Position numbers and translations under genes: made by a program. Positions 10,079 to 22,512 of a stretch of DNA of 64,000 nucleotides are shown here, piece by piece (within the stretch, counting starts at the first letter, position 1; the number at the start of each line of letters is the position of its first letter). The stretch covers positions 268,197-332,196 of the forward strand of contig CAWHOE010000006.1 in the NCBI GenBank assembly GCA_963830915.1, in the 5' to 3' direction. Origin of the DNA: a candidate division FCPU426 bacterium (lineage in GTDB: Bacteria; Oederibacteriota; Muellerivitia; Muellerivitales; Muellerivitaceae). The notes beneath the pieces were generated by a model. That model saw nothing but the letters and a program-made list of their open reading frames with translations, did no database searches and had not been told where the DNA came from.

Positions 10079-13000
10079 GAAAGACTCAAGCAATGGTGTC
10101 AGTGTCGGCGAAAGGGTAATGGTGGGGGTAATGGTGAAGGTATCGCTAGGAGTGGGCGTATATGTAGGGACCGCCGTGAATGTATCCGTGGGTGTGTAGG
10201 TCCAAGTCCAGGTATTGGTGAGGGTATAAGTTTTTGTGGGAGTGGAGGTCAAAGTAAGGGTATCGGTATTCGTGGGGGTGTAAGTCACCGTCGCCGTATT
10301 GGTGGAAGTTGGACTATTGGTCATTGACGCCGTACTTGTCGGGGTAAAGGTAAGCGTCGGCGTGAAGGTCAGGGTCGGGGTATAGGTCCAAGTCGGGGTG
10401 GGGATAGGGGTGAAAGTGCCGGTATTGGTGGAGGTCGCCGTGGGGGTCCGGGTCTGGGTTGGAGTCGCCGTATTGGTAGAGGTATAGGTTAAGGTCGGGG
10501 AAAGAGTATAGGTCGGAGTAAAGCTAGCGGTTGAGGTGAATGTCCATGTCGCGGTATTCGTTCCGGTAGCCGAATTCGTGGGAGTGGCTGTAGACGTGGG
10601 TGACAAGGTCAGGGTTGGAGTGTCCGTGATGGTTGGGGTGAATGAATCGGTCGGGGAGAACTGAGCAGTAGAGGTTGATGTGGGGCTGGCGGTATTGGTG
10701 GAAGTCGAGGTGGACGTTGATGTGTTGATGAGAGTAGCGGTATTGGTCGGGGTTGTAGTGCAAGTAGAGGTGGACGTCCCCGATGGGCTGGCCGTGGCCG
10801 TCGGAGAATTCGTGGACGACAAGGTGGGCGAACTGGTGGGAGTAGCCGAAGGGCTGGGTGTAAAGGTTGATGTTTTTGTGGCGGTGTTGGTAGGTGTTGG
10901 CGTTGAACAAGCGTAAACCAGACGGATATTATCTATATATACGCTTCCGGTGGTTCCAGCCCCATTCTGATAGATAAAGCGCAGCTTGGTCAGAGCCGAA
11001 CCCGCCGTAATTGCCCCGGCGGCATAATTGATATTGAATGTGACGTTTGGATTTTCCCCATACAAGACCCCTGGCGTGTCATAGGAAATCGATTGGTCGG
11101 ACTGGGTTGCCGTATCGGCCTCCAACACCAAGTTACTCCATCCAGCGTTCGCCATCATGGTCGCTGGCGCATAGACATCCATCTGGAGCTGAGTCACACC
11201 CGTCCAGATGGAGGGTGTGAATGAACTCAATTCGCACAGGTCATCCCATGTCGTGCCAGTATTGACCGTTAACTTAAGACAACCCGAACCCTGGGTGATA
11301 GCGCCCAAGGGGGCGGTCGCGGAAGTCGCGATGCTCAAACCGTTCCCGTTACCGCTGGTCCAGGTCCCGTTATCAGTCAATGTCTCGCATCCATTGAAAA
11401 GACTGGGACAACCAGGCACGGGGGTCGGAGGGGGTGTGGCGGTCGGGACCCCGCAATAGGACTGCACGGCCTGGTACATGGCGGTCATGAGTGGCTGTTG
11501 CCCCGGGTCGATATAGTCATTGGAAATATCCCACATGAATACTCCCCCGGCTCCCCGGGTCGTCAGGGCGTAATTGACCTTGAGGGTCACGGCCTGAGCG
11601 TCATCGTAGGTGATCCAACCCGTGCCGTCGTTGTTGGTCAAATAAGGGACCAGGGCCACGGGATCCCAATTCCTGGTCCAACTCGTTCCGACCAGGTTGC
11701 TGATGGCGTTATACCCAAAGTCGTTGACATCGCTGGTGCAATTGGAAGCGGCGCAAAGGACATTGATGGCGCTTTCGGAGTTGAATTGGACCCCGTAAAA
11801 TCCGATGCCCATGTTGAGCAGGCTCGCCGGGACTCCCCGGGTCACGGTCAAGTAATCCATCTGGCTCTGGCAGGTGGCGTCGGCGTAAGGGTTGGTCGTC
11901 AGGGAAACGGGATCGTTATAGCTGGTGTGGCTGTTCCATCCTCCCGCCCCGCTGTAGGTCATGACGTTGAAAAAGGAGACGATCGTGCTCAGGGATGTCA
12001 GGTTCAGATCCACATCCCCCCAGTTCCCGGCCCCGATATCCTGGCTTAATAGCAAGGCAGGATTCGCAGCAGTGAGCTTGTTGCGCAGGGTCTGCATAAG
12101 GGTGACCGCGTTGGTATAGTCGGTCTGGCTTCCCTCCCAGTCGATGTCGATACCGTCATAATTGTTGGTGGTACAGAAATTGGCCAGGTTCGTGCCAAAG
12201 GTGTTCATATAGGTGGAATTCGCCGCGATGGAAATGAAGGGCGCCGTCACGTCCGCCCCACCGACCGCGGCCAGCACCTTCACCCCGGCGGCGTGGGCTT
12301 TGGTAATGAGGTTGGTATCCACATAGCCTGCCGGCACCGTGATGCTTCCATCGCCGGCCGTGTTGACCGTGATGAACGACTCGCACAAATGGGTCAATTC
12401 ATTGTAGGGAATGGTGTTGGAGGTATAGGCGGCGCTTTCCCCAGGGACATAAAAGGCCAGGACGCGCTTGGCGCAAGAAACCGTGGTCGGTGTGGGTGAC
12501 GGGGTTGGACTGGGCGTGAAGGATGGCGTACGGGTCACCGTCCAGGTCCAGGTAGGTGTGGACGTCGGACTGGAAGTGGCCGTCAGGGTCGCTGTCCGGG
12601 TAGCGGTCGAGGTCGAAGTGGATGTGGGGGACGGGGTCAGTTCCAAATTGGTATAAAAAGCTAACTGGTCCAACTCATAACTGAAATTGCCGGGAGCGGT
12701 CGCCCCATAACAATAGAACTCCACGCCGGTTATGTCCGTCGCCGTTGGGTTGGTGGGTAACCCTGTTTGGGTATGGGCCCAACCAGCGGTCATCGTGGAA
12801 AAGGGTATCTGCTCGAAAGTCCAGACGCCCGCCGGCGGGGTGAACTGAAAACCGTAGGGATCATAATCGGTGACGGAAGCCGAATCCACATCCACCCGGT
12901 AGGTGTTCCCATCCCCATAGATCCAGAACTGGATGCCCACAACCCCATAGCCCGATAGGTTGTAGGCCGTGGGTGGGAAAGCGTTGCTCAAGTTGCTGGA

Positions 13001-15364
13001 ATAGTCCGTCCATCCGTTGGATCCGCTCCCTCCGATCAAACCGCTCACCTTGACGGCGTAGTTCCCCACCTTGCCTGTCACCCCGTATTGAACGGTGATG
13101 GAACTATTGTACTGAGCTGTTCCCCAAACTCCGTCCCAGAGGTTGAAACGGGTGGGCGATGTTCCATCCCGGGTCAGGTCCTCGAAGTCATCGATGAGGG
13201 TGGAGGTGCCGTAATTGGGTGTGGGGGTCAAGGTCGGGGTGAGCGTATGAGTCGGGGTGAAAGCGGGGGTATTGGTGGGTTGGGCCGCGTTGGTGAATTG
13301 AATGACCGAGATGGAATAGGGCTTGAAGGTCACCGGGAATGAGGAAGCCGCGTTCGTCAATGTGACCGTGGTGGGCGCGGTATCAGGGGCGGCGTGATAA
13401 GGCGTGGTGACGTTCTGCCAGACATAGTTGGTGCTGCTGAAATTCCAGAAGCTGGCCGAGGCGTTGGGCGCGAAAGCGCTCATGTTCAAGGTCGTGTTAT
13501 AGCTATTGGTCGGGTCCTTGTTGACGACAAGGAGAGAAACGATGTTGTCCGGCCTTTTGTCTGTATAGGCGGTGAGCAGGGATGTGGGACCCCCGTTGGC
13601 GGCCACGGTGGTGCTCAGGAGGGTGTGGGCGTTGGTATCACCCGGGATAGCCCAGACATTGGTCATCATCTGCATGGCCCAATAGGAGGCCCGACCCTGG
13701 TACTGATAGGCGTTGGGGTCGGCCTGCAAATAGGCCAGGTCTCCGACCGTATTGACATAGATCTCGTCGCCGGAGTCGACATAACCCAAGGAAGAAAAGT
13801 AGGTCGCGAAAGCCCGAGAACCGAATTGCGTGATGTATTCACCCAACCAGTCCGCGGTCCAAAGCCCTTCAGCCAACTGTTCACAAACCGGCGGACTGGA
13901 TCCATCGATATTGTATTCTGTCAGGAATATCGGGGTATTGGCCGAGTAGGAATCGTTGCTCAGCCATGTGTTGATCTTGCCGCCAACGGAGGCCCATTGA
14001 GAAGGCGATCCCAGGGCGATGGCGAGGGTGGCGGCGTTGTTATAAGGCGTGCCCGTTGGATAGTAATTGGGATACCAGTGGAAATCCAGACCCATCACAT
14101 TTGCCGAGTCGCCCAGTGTCTTCATCTCATCCAGGAAGGACTGCATGTAATCCTTCCCGTCATAAGCTACTGAGTCTCCCAGGCCGTAAACCGGACCAAC
14201 GACGGTGACACTGGGATCCACCGCCTTCATGGCGGTGTAGTATTCGTTGAACCTATAGGCGTAATCCTGGGCGTTAAGAGGGCCACCCGTTTCCCAATTG
14301 CCGCCCATCTCGTTGCCGATCTCCCACAGCTTGACCCCATAACCTCGCGTTACATTGGCGTAATAAACCCAGGAGGCCGCTTCGGATGGGGTCCCCGTGC
14401 CGACGTTGATGGTGATAAGGGGCACGGCGGAAGGAGAAAAAGAGTGGATAAAAGCCATGAAAGCCTCGAAATCGAAATTGTAATAACCCGTGGGCGTGCA
14501 AGCGGGGTCCATGCTGGAAACCTCGACCGTGGTTTGACTGCTGGAATTGGTGTTGGTGGTCAACTGGGTGCCGCCGTTGTAAACGTAGATCTCGCTCATG
14601 GCGTAAGCGCCGCCCGCGCCCGCGGAACTTGAAAGCAGGAGGACCCGAAGGTACTGGGCGTTTACGGCCGTAAAAACCACCCCTTGAGTGCCTCCGGTGC
14701 CAGTGATCGTGGCGGACGCGTTGTGCCAATCGGCTTCCGTCAATCCAGTAGAGGCGCCATTTTGGTAGGAACTCTGATAGGGCGGAGGCCAACCTGTTTG
14801 GGTCCAGTATTGGACGACAAATTGGGCAGCGTAGGGCGTTCCCCAAACGATCGTTACGGCGTTTATGGATTGGGAACCGGCGAAATCGAGCTCCACCCAC
14901 TGGTGGTTGGGGAACTGAGTGTCGGCGTTTGAGAGCCAGGTCGTGGCGGTACTTCCGTCTGTCAGGTTGGAAACATAACCTCCCGCGCCCGCTGTACCCG
15001 TATAGAGCGGACTGGCTTGGAATCCGGAGCTGAAACTGGTTCCACTGGGGACCCAGTGATGGTTGGCGTCGTAGGAGCCTGCTCCATTCCAATGATAAAG
15101 ATCCGATAGCGATCCGCCCGGATACCGAACGAGGTAGTTCCCAGCCGCCTGAATAAAAGGTTGAGCCCCTTCAAACAATGAAGACGAAAAATTAAACTGC
15201 GTATTGATCCCAAAAACATTGAAGGGAATGAAGGTTTTGGTCGAGGTGGAACTAACAGTGATGGTGGCGGGAAGGGATTGGGCAAAGGAGTAAATCGGAC
15301 AGGTAAAAAATAGGAAGACTAAAGCTGGGGCCAGAAGGTTATCTTTGATCGATTTTAGCCGCAT
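9809..15364 (-). CDS. Giant secreted multimodular glycoside hydrolase: clan GH-A barrel with inserted F5/8 (CBM32-like) domain, CIA30/CBM11-like module, GH18, CBM-like module, x-Thr stalk, T9SS-like CTD
   Basis: [30 protein letters not shown]18 DGIDIDWE (12134-12157), NVMTY, WITYDD, GGVFMW; Thr/Pro stalk; YPNP...SGLYY...KLLILR tail. Confidence 0.85.
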   Translation of the reverse strand: MRLKSIKDNLLAPALVFLFFTCPIYSFAQSLPATITVSSTSTKTFIPFNVFGINTQFNFSSSLFEGAQPFIQAAGNYLVRYPGGSLSDLYHWNGAGSYDANHHWVPSGTSFSSGFQASPLYTGTAGAGGYVSNLTDGSTATTWLSNADTQFPNHQWVELDFAGSQSINAVTIVWGTPYAAQFVVQYWTQTGWPPPYQSSYQNGASTGLTEADWHNASATITGTGGTQGVVFTAVNAQYLRVLLLSSSAGAGGAYAMSEIYVYNGGTQLTTNTNSSSQTTVEVSSMDPACTPTGYYNFDFEAFMAFIHSFSPSAVPLITINVGTGTPSEAASWVYYANVTRGYGVKLWEIGNEMGGNWETGGPLNAQDYAYRFNEYYTAMKAVDPSVTVVGPVYGLGDSVAYDGKDYMQSFLDEMKTLGDSANVMGLDFHWYPNYYPTGTPYNNAATLAIALGSPSQWASVGGKINTWLSNDSYSANTPIFLTEYNIDGSSPPVCEQLAEGLWTADWLGEYITQFGSRAFATYFSSLGYVDSGDEIYVNTVGDLAYLQADPNAYQYQGRASYWAMQMMTNVWAIPGDTNAHTLLSTTVAANGGPTSLLTAYTDKRPDNIVSLLVVNKDPTNSYNTTLNMSAFAPNASASFWNFSSTNYVWQNVTTPYHAAPDTAPTTVTLTNAASSFPVTFKPYSISVIQFTNAAQPTNTPAFTPTHTLTPTLTPTPNYGTSTLIDDFEDLTRDGTSPTRFNLWDGVWGTAQYNSSITVQYGVTGKVGNYAVKVSGLIGGSGSNGWTDYSSNLSNAFPPTAYNLSGYGVVGIQFWIYGDGNTYRVDVDSASVTDYDPYGFQFTPPAGVWTFEQIPFSTMTAGWAHTQTGLPTNPTATDITGVEFYCYGATAPGNFSYELDQLAFYTNLELTPSPTSTSTSTATRTATLTATSSPTSTPTWTWTVTRTPSFTPSPTPSPTPTTVSCAKRVLAFYVPGESAAYTSNTIPYNELTHLCESFITVNTAGDGSITVPAGYVDTNLITKAHAAGVKVLAAVGGADVTAPFISIAANSTYMNTFGTNLANFCTTNNYDGIDIDWEGSQTDYTNAVTLMQTLRNKLTAANPALLLSQDIGAGNWGDVDLNLTSLSTIVSFFNVMTYSGAGGWNSHTSYNDPVSLTTNPYADATCQSQMDYLTVTRGVPASLLNMGIGFYGVQFNSESAINVLCAASNCTSDVNDFGYNAISNLVGTSWTRNWDPVALVPYLTNNDGTGWITYDDAQAVTLKVNYALTTRGAGGVFMWDISNDYIDPGQQPLMTAMYQAVQSYCGVPTATPPPTPVPGCPSLFNGCETLTDNGTWTSGNGNGLSIATSATAPLGAITQGSGCLKLTVNTGTTWDDLCELSSFTPSIWTGVTQLQMDVYAPATMMANAGWSNLVLEADTATQSDQSISYDTPGVLYGENPNVTFNINYAAGAITAGSALTKLRFIYQNGAGTTGSVYIDNIRLVYACSTPTPTNTATKTSTFTPSPSATPTSSPTLSSTNSPTATASPSGTSTSTCTTTPTNTATLINTSTSTSTSTNTASPTSTSTAQFSPTDSFTPTITDTPTLTLSPTSTATPTNSATGTNTATWTFTSTASFTPTYTLSPTLTYTSTNTATPTQTRTPTATSTNTGTFTPIPTPTWTYTPTLTFTPTLTFTPTSTASMTNSPTSTNTATVTYTPTNTDTLTLTSTPTKTYTLTNTWTWTYTPTDTFTAVPTYTPTPSDTFTITPTITLSPTLTPLLESFPVVYPNPADGTVPVKVRPPAYYGLSDVRVKIFTLAFRKVQDNTYRQLPSGTDVSLSLTDKWGKPLASGLYYVVVQTSQGRSIGKLLILR

Positions 15365-15568
15365 TCAGAAAAACCCCTTCTTGCCTACATACACGGTCTA
15401 ATTAAAACCTTTCCCCTGAAAACCCTTACACTTAGAAAAGCGCTTTGCTTTCACCTTCAAACATCAAGGATACCATCAAAATCAATGGAATTCAGGTTGA
15501 TAAATTCCTCTCAAATCATGGTTTTCTGTCAAATGCAGTTCATTGATCCGGGCCTGTAACACCCAAGG

Positions 15569-15608
15569 AAAAGAAAAGGGACTGCCCGTCATTGAGAGGG
15601 CAGTCCCT
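15569..15608 (-). terminator. Rho-independent terminator
   Basis: Perfect 11-bp stem AGGGACTGCCC/GGGCAGTCCCT (15577-15587 / 15598-15608) followed by a T-rich run on the minus strand, 10 nt after the stop at 15618. Confidence 0.85.
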
Positions 15609-15617
15609 GTTAATGGA

Positions 15618-15887
15618 TCATCGAAGTATCAACAGTTTCCCGATGGTTCGGCCCCGATAGGTCTGGACCGCCACATAATACAACCCGCTGGCCAGCGGCT
15701 TGCCCCACTTGTCCGTCAGGTTCAATGGCACATCCGTTCCATTCAGAATCTGGTGATAGGTGTTTTCTTGCACTTTCCTGAACGCGATCGTGAAGATCTT
15801 GACGTTCACATCCGAAACCCCAAAGTAAGCCGGTGGTCTTACGCGAACAGGCATTGTCCCATCTGCCGGATTGGGATAGATCACCGG
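15618..15887 (-). repeat. Conserved C-terminal sorting domain, copy 2 of 6
   Basis: [10 protein letters not shown]...[10 protein letters not shown]...[13 protein letters not shown]...GKLLILR. Confidence 0.92.
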
Positions 15888-18800
15888 CACCAACTCGGGC
15901 ACGGGTGTCTGGGTCGGGGTAAGCGTTGGGGATAGGGTCGGGGTCGGACTAAGGGTCGGCGTAGAGGTCGCTTCACTCACGACGACCTGTGTTCCAGCGA
16001 TGGGGAATCCAACGAAATTGACCGCTTCCCCATTCGTTCCCGCCGCTCCCGTCACGTTGAATGAATAAGACCCCACGGCGGAAGATGAGAAGGTGGCCTC
16101 GATGTCATAAACCGCTGACCCACCATTGGCCGCGATGATATCCGAGAAGTTGAATGTAGCCGTATTGCCGGAGAACGTAGCCGAGGTGATGGGCACCCCG
16201 TTCTTTAGCAACACGATCGAGCTGATGCCCGTTGACGAACTTCCCGACTCAGTAACGGTCAGGCTGGTCATGGTGAAACTATTCGGGCTTGGGTTGGTGA
16301 TCTTGGGTTCATCGATGGAGACGCCCGCTGACCCGCTCAATACGGCGATGTTTGCCGGGGGCGCGGCCGGGCCCTCGCTTCCCTGACCCGTGACGGGCGT
16401 GAAAGTGGGTGTGCTGGTCCAGGTGAAGGTGGGAGTGTTGGTGAAAGTCCAGGTATTCGTGGACGTAAAGGTCAGGGTCGGCGTAAAGGTCAAGGTCGCG
16501 GTCATTGTATCGGTATTGGTATAGGTCATGGTCGCCGTTTGGGTCGGTGTGGATGAATCTGTGGCGGTCGCGGTATTCGTGGGTGTAAAGGTAAGGGTAG
16601 GCGAAAGGGTCATGGTCGGCGTCATGGTTTGGGTAGGCGAATAGGTCTGAGTCGGAGTGTTGGTGGGTGTGGGGGAATTGGTCAAAGTCGCCGTATTCGT
16701 GGCGGTCATGGTGACCGTTGGACTGAAAGTGAGTGTCGGCGAATAGGTACTAGTGGCCGTATTGGTATAGGTAGAAGAATTAGTTGGTGAGGCTGTATAG
16801 GTCATGGTGGGGGTGTCAGTGGCCGTCGCGGAATTCGTCGGTGTCGCCGTCAACGTGGGTGACAAGGTCAATGTCGCCGTATCGGTGATGGTCGCCGTAT
16901 TCGTCGGTGTGTAGCTATACATTGGAGTGTTGGTGACCGTTGCCGTCGGGCTGGAGGTTGCGGTAGCCGTTGGGCTCGGCGTATAGGTTGCCGTTGACGT
17001 TCGGCTAGGCGTAGAAGTTGACGATGAAGTGGCTGTCATGGTGATCGTTGGAGTCGGGGTGAACGTTGGCGTATTGGAGGAACAACCGACGATGATATTG
17101 GTAGTTCCACTGAAGGAAGAATTGAAAGTCATATAAAGGACATGGTTCACAGTGTCCAATGTGGGCAGAAAATCGCATCCAGAACTGAGGACCGTCCCAT
17201 TCTTCATGACACAGGGAACAGTGGTCGCGGTGTAATTAGTGAAGGCAAAGGTAGGGTTGAGCAGGGACCCGGAAGGCAAGGTCAGGGTCACATTAGCCGC
17301 GTTAGCCGCGCAGGTCACGGTCCACTGGTCCCACACCGGATTGTATCCAGCCGGGCTCCAGGCCTTGGTCAATGTCACCGCGCCAGGCCCCTGGGGCCCG
17401 GACGACGGAATGGTGCCGACCGAGGCGGTCAAGGAAGCCCCTCCGTGGATGATCTGTTGCTCGGTGACCAGACGGGTCACGCCGACCGAACTGCGTTTAT
17501 CCAGCATCATTTGCACCGAATAGCTCTGGTAGGGATATCCGACCCAACTTCCCGTGTATTCGTAGTTTTGGTAGCTGGTCTGGAACACCGCGTAAGGCAT
17601 TTGCCAGGTCACCCGCTCGCCAGCGTAATTTTGGAAACTATTCATCTGGTAAAGAAGCCCGGTGGATGCCGAGGGCGGAAGGGCGGAGCCGGAAGTGGGA
17701 GGCGTGATGCCGTAACCGCCACCGCCCGGGTGCTGGGCCTGGGTCTCGGTCTGGATGAATCCGATCTCCCGGTCGGAATAACTGGGGAGTGACGCGTCGT
17801 TGTACATGCTGCAATAAGGAATGGAAACTGGACTGTTGGCCGTATTGAAGGTATAAGCCGTGCTGGCGCTCATGGCGGTCCCTGGCGTGTCGGTAGAGAT
17901 GAACTTGTAGTCCGCGCCCATCTCAATGCCGCTAGGGGAAGTATTCACGGTGCCGCTTCCCATCCAGTCGAAATCGCAATAGGGACTGCGGGTATCGTTG
18001 GTGAAGGTGCCAGAAGGCTGGGAGGAACTATCCCAGGTCGCCGCCCAGAGGATATCATTGCGCCCATTGCGGAAGACATAATCCACTGTGCAAGCCCAGG
18101 CGCCGCGGGCATGGTCATTGGGATCGACATACATGTTGAAGGTGTACCGCATCAGCATGGCGTTGGCGCCCTGATAAACGACCTGTTTGGCGCCGTTGTA
18201 GCCTTCGGTGCGGGAATTAGCCCAGGTATAGACCCCCAAATAATCGGAGTGGTCGATGAGATGCCCCCAGCCGGAAACCGTGTCCGCCGGACCATCTTCA
18301 TTGCAGGTCACGGGAGTGGACCCATCCATCCAGGCCATGCGGGTGATATAGCCCCCATTCTGGGTGCCCACGGTATTAACGTCGATTGGCTGGACCAACC
18401 AGACCGAGCGAAGATTCCCGCTGGCGTCCGTCCATTGAACGGTGTCAGTCGCGTTATGCCCGTTGGCCGCGATTCCTTGAGTGTATTGGATAGCGGAAAG
18501 ACATCCCGCCACCGTGGTCGCGGTGGGTGTATAGGTAGGGCCGTTAAACGTAGGGGTGTAAGTGGGGGTAAGCGTCGGAGTATTGGTGGCTCCACAGTTC
18601 AACTGGAACGCGAAGTCATCGATATAAAGGGTGTCGTTACCAGCCGCTGTTCCACCGTCCGAGAAATTCAGCATCCAAACCGATGCGGTGTTATAGGTTC
18701 CTGAAAAAGCCGACATGGGGATGGTGACTTGCTGCCAAGTGGTCGTGATCCCTCCGGGTAAATAAGTGCTCGCGTTGACCGCGGCTGAGGTAACCCCCGC

Positions 18801-20531
18801 CGAATCGACCAGTTGGAATGTGATGTTATTCAGTGTTCCTGCGCCGCTCTTCAACCACATTTGAACGCCTGTATAGGAAGTGATATTCGTGGCGTTAGCG
18901 GCGTTGAAAGCCGCCCAGTTCCAACCACCGCCCGCCCAATATCCAGAGGTCCAGACCAAGTTGATGTCCATGCTGTGGGTTGGTGAATGGGAAGTCGTGG
19001 TGGTTTCGGTGATCGTGCTACCGGTGTTGGCCCAGGTTCCGCCTGTCGCCAAATTATGGGTCTCACCATCGTAATTGATCACACTGCAAGGTACCGCTGT
19101 TGGCGTTGGGGTTCCTGTATTGGTGGAAGTGGCTGTGGCAGTGGGAAGAGTGCCGGTGGGCGTGAAAGTCGGTGTGCCGGGCGTGAATGTTTGGAAAGTG
19201 ATCTCATTGCGAGTGAAGAGATAATCCATCACTTCACCCGCGGGAGCGAACCATAATTTATTGCTGGCCGCGCCCGCTCCAGGGCCATAAGTATTGTAAA
19301 GGTAGGTCAAGTGGGTCTGCAGAATGTTCGCGTTGGTGGTATAAGCCGAGGGAGAGGTAGAGCCGGAGAGGACCTGATGGAATACCTCGACGTTCCAGCA
19401 GGGTTGGGTCACGCTGGCGGCGGACGCAGTAACGGCTTGGGCGTTCAACTGGGTGACCGTCACGGGGTAGTCGTCGGCGTTACGACCGATGGTCAACGCT
19501 TGACTGAGACTTGGGTAAGGGGGCGCGACAAAGTTCACGAACCCATCATTGTTCGGCATTCCAGTATTCCCATAATTCCCCTCGCCCGAGAGGATAAAGG
19601 TCGTTGGAAAGGTGGGCGCTCCACAGGCCATGACATCTCCGCTGTCCTCATAAGGATAGATCAAATGGCAGACGTGATAACCGATCTGGGTCACACCGCC
19701 CCAATAGGTCATGGTCACCGGATTGAATTCCTGGACGAACCCTGGCTCGAAAGTAGAGTTGATCGTCGCCCCGAATTGGTTGTTCCCCAGTTCGGTCGCG
19801 GCGTCGGCGCAGCTAAGATTGCAAAGATGGTCCCAGGTCTCGCTATAAATGCTCCATCCGTATTGGGTAGCGAGGGACTGAAGCTGTGACCAGCTCATGT
19901 TCCAACTGCCGGGAAGCCCAGAGGTGGCGGGGGCGAAACTTCCTCCAGGAGAACACGCAGCATTCGTAACCCCTATCCCATTCACGGCCGCGCCAATGGC
20001 CGTGGTACCAGCCTTCCAGGTCGTCCCATCGGAGGCGATAAAGGAATTCAAAACCGGCAGGGCGTATTCATAGACCCCCTCGTCCCCGTTATCGAAAGTC
20101 ATGGAATTGGCCCATTTGTAATTGTCGAATAAGGTCGCGGGACTGGCTAAACCGGTTCCCCCCGATGTCCAACCGTAAGCGGTCGCCACGACCGTGACCG
20201 GTAGGAATGAGGTGGTGAAATCAGATTGATTTGAGCGATGGGTCGTGACATTGAAAGTCACGGTCGCCGCGCCATCATAAGTTGAGGAAACAGGAGACCC
20301 ATTGGCTGTGACAGTAACTGAAGTACAGGCCCCGACGCTCATGTTCAGGGTGACTTTAGGGTCGTTTACGAGATAAGTGACTGGGGAATAATTAACAATA
20401 AGTCCATATTGCTGGGTGGCCGCTTGGACCGTTCTCGCGAAAGAGAAGAAAAACATTGATAGACTTAAAAGTGTAACGGCAATCGCTGATAACGATTTTT
20501 GAGCGAGCCCTCGTTGTTGATTATTGTTCAT
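15618..20531 (-). CDS. Giant secreted protein: divergent CE4-like domain, CBM-like module, ~450 aa unassigned domain, x-Thr stalk, shared beta domain, T9SS-like CTD
   Basis: ATG at 20531 follows a GAGGGGAAGG RBS; signal peptide ending VQA; TFDNG / SETWDH / YPY / VFHQV resemble NodB motifs; [11 protein letters not shown]...LYIDDF is CBM-like; conserved tail. Confidence 0.75.
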   Translation of the reverse strand: MNNNQQRGLAQKSLSAIAVTLLSLSMFFFSFARTVQAATQQYGLIVNYSPVTYLVNDPKVTLNMSVGACTSVTVTANGSPVSSTYDGAATVTFNVTTHRSNQSDFTTSFLPVTVVATAYGWTSGGTGLASPATLFDNYKWANSMTFDNGDEGVYEYALPVLNSFIASDGTTWKAGTTAIGAAVNGIGVTNAACSPGGSFAPATSGLPGSWNMSWSQLQSLATQYGWSIYSETWDHLCNLSCADAATELGNNQFGATINSTFEPGFVQEFNPVTMTYWGGVTQIGYHVCHLIYPYEDSGDVMACGAPTFPTTFILSGEGNYGNTGMPNNDGFVNFVAPPYPSLSQALTIGRNADDYPVTVTQLNAQAVTASAASVTQPCWNVEVFHQVLSGSTSPSAYTTNANILQTHLTYLYNTYGPGAGAASNKLWFAPAGEVMDYLFTRNEITFQTFTPGTPTFTPTGTLPTATATSTNTGTPTPTAVPCSVINYDGETHNLATGGTWANTGSTITETTTTSHSPTHSMDINLVWTSGYWAGGGWNWAAFNAANATNITSYTGVQMWLKSGAGTLNNITFQLVDSAGVTSAAVNASTYLPGGITTTWQQVTIPMSAFSGTYNTASVWMLNFSDGGTAAGNDTLYIDDFAFQLNCGATNTPTLTPTYTPTFNGPTYTPTATTVAGCLSAIQYTQGIAANGHNATDTVQWTDASGNLRSVWLVQPIDVNTVGTQNGGYITRMAWMDGSTPVTCNEDGPADTVSGWGHLIDHSDYLGVYTWANSRTEGYNGAKQVVYQGANAMLMRYTFNMYVDPNDHARGAWACTVDYVFRNGRNDILWAATWDSSSQPSGTFTNDTRSPYCDFDWMGSGTVNTSPSGIEMGADYKFISTDTPGTAMSASTAYTFNTANSPVSIPYCSMYNDASLPSYSDREIGFIQTETQAQHPGGGGYGITPPTSGSALPPSASTGLLYQMNSFQNYAGERVTWQMPYAVFQTSYQNYEYTGSWVGYPYQSYSVQMMLDKRSSVGVTRLVTEQQIIHGGASLTASVGTIPSSGPQGPGAVTLTKAWSPAGYNPVWDQWTVTCAANAANVTLTLPSGSLLNPTFAFTNYTATTVPCVMKNGTVLSSGCDFLPTLDTVNHVLYMTFNSSFSGTTNIIVGCSSNTPTFTPTPTITMTATSSSTSTPSRTSTATYTPSPTATATSSPTATVTNTPMYSYTPTNTATITDTATLTLSPTLTATPTNSATATDTPTMTYTASPTNSSTYTNTATSTYSPTLTFSPTVTMTATNTATLTNSPTPTNTPTQTYSPTQTMTPTMTLSPTLTFTPTNTATATDSSTPTQTATMTYTNTDTMTATLTFTPTLTFTSTNTWTFTNTPTFTWTSTPTFTPVTGQGSEGPAAPPANIAVLSGSAGVSIDEPKITNPSPNSFTMTSLTVTESGSSSTGISSIVLLKNGVPITSATFSGNTATFNFSDIIAANGGSAVYDIEATFSSSAVGSYSFNVTGAAGTNGEAVNFVGFPIAGTQVVVSEATSTPTLSPTPTLSPTLTPTQTPVPELVPVIYPNPADGTMPVRVRPPAYFGVSDVNVKIFTIAFRKVQENTYHQILNGTDVPLNLTDKWGKPLASGLYYVAVQTYRGRTIGKLLILR

Positions 20532-20613
20532 AGCCTTCCCCCTCAATACTTCTAGATGATGAGAAGATACATCCGAGGAGTAGGCTGCTTGTTATGTCTT
20601 ATATCTATTATTG

Positions 20614-22425
20614 TTAGTTTTTGTGCTTATCGTTTCCCCTATATTTACCTGGGGATTTGCCCACTTTCTTCTTAAAGATCTGCAGAAAATAGTTGGTGGA
20701 TTGGAATCCACAAGCCTCCGAAACATGGCTTAAGGGGAGATGGGTGGAAAGTAACATTCGCTTGGATTTTTCAAGCCTTTGGGCCAGGAGGTAATCAGAG
20801 AAGGGTTGGCCCGCGAAGGCGGAAAACTCCCTTGAAAATGCCGTGGTCGAGAACCCGAATTGACGGGCGACTGCCGGAAGGCTCCATGTTCTTTCCAGGG
20901 AAGACAGGATCATTTCCTGAGCCTTACGCAGGCGGATCATCTTTTCACCGGCCGCGGGACGGTCGATGAACGGGGTGAGTTTCTCGAAGGACCTTTCGAA
21001 CCTCTCCACCATCTCATTGAGGCTAGGCGCCGATTCCAACTCTTCCTCGATCCCGGATTCCAGATCGTCCATCATGACCGGTTCGATGGTCTGGCGTTTT
21101 TCCAATGTCTCCATCAACCGGTGGAGGGCCTCCAGGAAGTACCGGCGGGTCGCTTCCCCTTTTCCACGGGTTCCCATCAGGACTTTTTCCACAAAACGCC
21201 GGCGGTGGATCGCGGTCCGAAGATTGCCCTCCTCGACCAGGGTTTGGACCAATTCAGCGGGAGCTTTCCGCAGGAAAAATTCCCTTTCCTGTTTGCCCGG
21301 CAGGTCCCCAAAGAAAACCAACGGCTGGGAAGATGTCTCCGCCAGGTGAAGGGCCGCTACCGCCTCATGATAGGAGTCCACCAGATCCAGTCCTCGCGGA
21401 TCTATGCTGCCGATCCCGACCAACAGGTTCCCTTTATGTTCCTTCAGCAGGCCCTTGACGAAACGTTCGACCTTATCTTTGATCTCCAATTTTGCCTGGG
21501 ACGGCGCCAGCTCCGGCGTGGTAGATGTCAACAAGAGCGCCCCGTAATGTTCCAGCGGATAAGCGAGGGTTTCTTCCAGACCCTTCGCGACGAAGAACGC
21601 TTCCCGTTGAAGCTCGGCGGCCGCGAACAGGTCCGAGAGTTCGCTATTCGTTCCTTTTCTTTTGATCGCGAGCACTACCGAGGGGAACCGGTCGATGCCC
21701 AGGACTTCCTTTTCCCAATCCATCAATTTTCCCTTGAACTCGGGAAATCGGAAAAACTTCTTATGAAGAGCTACCGATTCCACCCAATGATGATGCCAAA
21801 GACGGCGGGCAAAAACCGTCCTCCGCAGGAATGTCATCCTTTCATGGGCGAATTTCCAGTCCGCTGAGCCGCCCAGGACCCCTGCGAACAAAACCATGAC
21901 CTCTTGTACCGCTTTGAGAACGATCGGATCCAGCACGGGGGTTTCCAGCACTGTCCGGATATACTCGGTAAAATCCTTATCTTGTGCTTTGGGACGCCGC
22001 CCGGTCAGACTTTTCCATTGTTCCGTCAGGTCGGCCTCGGTAGGAAGGAACTTCAAAAAGACACCGCACTGCAGGACAGCGGTGCAGCGTCCTCCCTCCA
22101 ATACCGGGACAAAGATGCCCCATAGGCCCTGATGGGCCAATACCAAGGGTTTGCATTCTTTCGCGACTCGGCGCAAGGCCATACCGTTGTAGCGGACCCT
22201 GCTTTCCCAGTTCTCCTGGGTGAATTCGTAATCTACCGGCGTGGACTTGGAACGTACATTGGTGATGACATACCAGGTCTCGGGCTGGTTCGCGGGGATG
22301 AGATGGCACGGAAGATCGAGGAAATAGTTGAAGATATCGTGGAAAATATTATGCGGCAGGAATTTGCTTTCCCAGTGGGAAGACAGGATTTCTTCGGGTT
22401 TCACCGAGTCTTTCGAGGGAGTCAT
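20614..22425 (-). CDS. AraC-family transcriptional regulator with PocR-like N-terminal sensor
   Basis: C-terminal double HTH (WSLPAVARQFGFS...FSDYLLAQRLEKSKRML...ACGFQSTNYFLQIFKKKVGKSPGKYR); N-terminal HQGLWGIFVPV...VLQCG resembles PocR; central LLVGIG...SYHEAVAAL resembles a degenerate GGDEF-like segment. Confidence 0.85.
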   Translation of the reverse strand: MTPSKDSVKPEEILSSHWESKFLPHNIFHDIFNYFLDLPCHLIPANQPETWYVITNVRSKSTPVDYEFTQENWESRVRYNGMALRRVAKECKPLVLAHQGLWGIFVPVLEGGRCTAVLQCGVFLKFLPTEADLTEQWKSLTGRRPKAQDKDFTEYIRTVLETPVLDPIVLKAVQEVMVLFAGVLGGSADWKFAHERMTFLRRTVFARRLWHHHWVESVALHKKFFRFPEFKGKLMDWEKEVLGIDRFPSVVLAIKRKGTNSELSDLFAAAELQREAFFVAKGLEETLAYPLEHYGALLLTSTTPELAPSQAKLEIKDKVERFVKGLLKEHKGNLLVGIGSIDPRGLDLVDSYHEAVAALHLAETSSQPLVFFGDLPGKQEREFFLRKAPAELVQTLVEEGNLRTAIHRRRFVEKVLMGTRGKGEATRRYFLEALHRLMETLEKRQTIEPVMMDDLESGIEEELESAPSLNEMVERFERSFEKLTPFIDRPAAGEKMIRLRKAQEMILSSLERTWSLPAVARQFGFSTTAFSREFSAFAGQPFSDYLLAQRLEKSKRMLLSTHLPLSHVSEACGFQSTNYFLQIFKKKVGKSPGKYRGNDKHKN

Positions 22426-22512
22426 ACCATTAGCCTATCATGATGAAACAGGCCTGCCAAATTCCTTGTTATTCAAAAGCATTTCCACATTTTTGATTTC
22501 CCATTGTAAAGT

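Noticed and set aside
10090..10905. Repetitive-looking DNA as a possible CRISPR array or VNTR
   Set aside because: No fixed-length repeat-spacer units and no cas genes; the pattern comes from Thr codons inside open reading frames.
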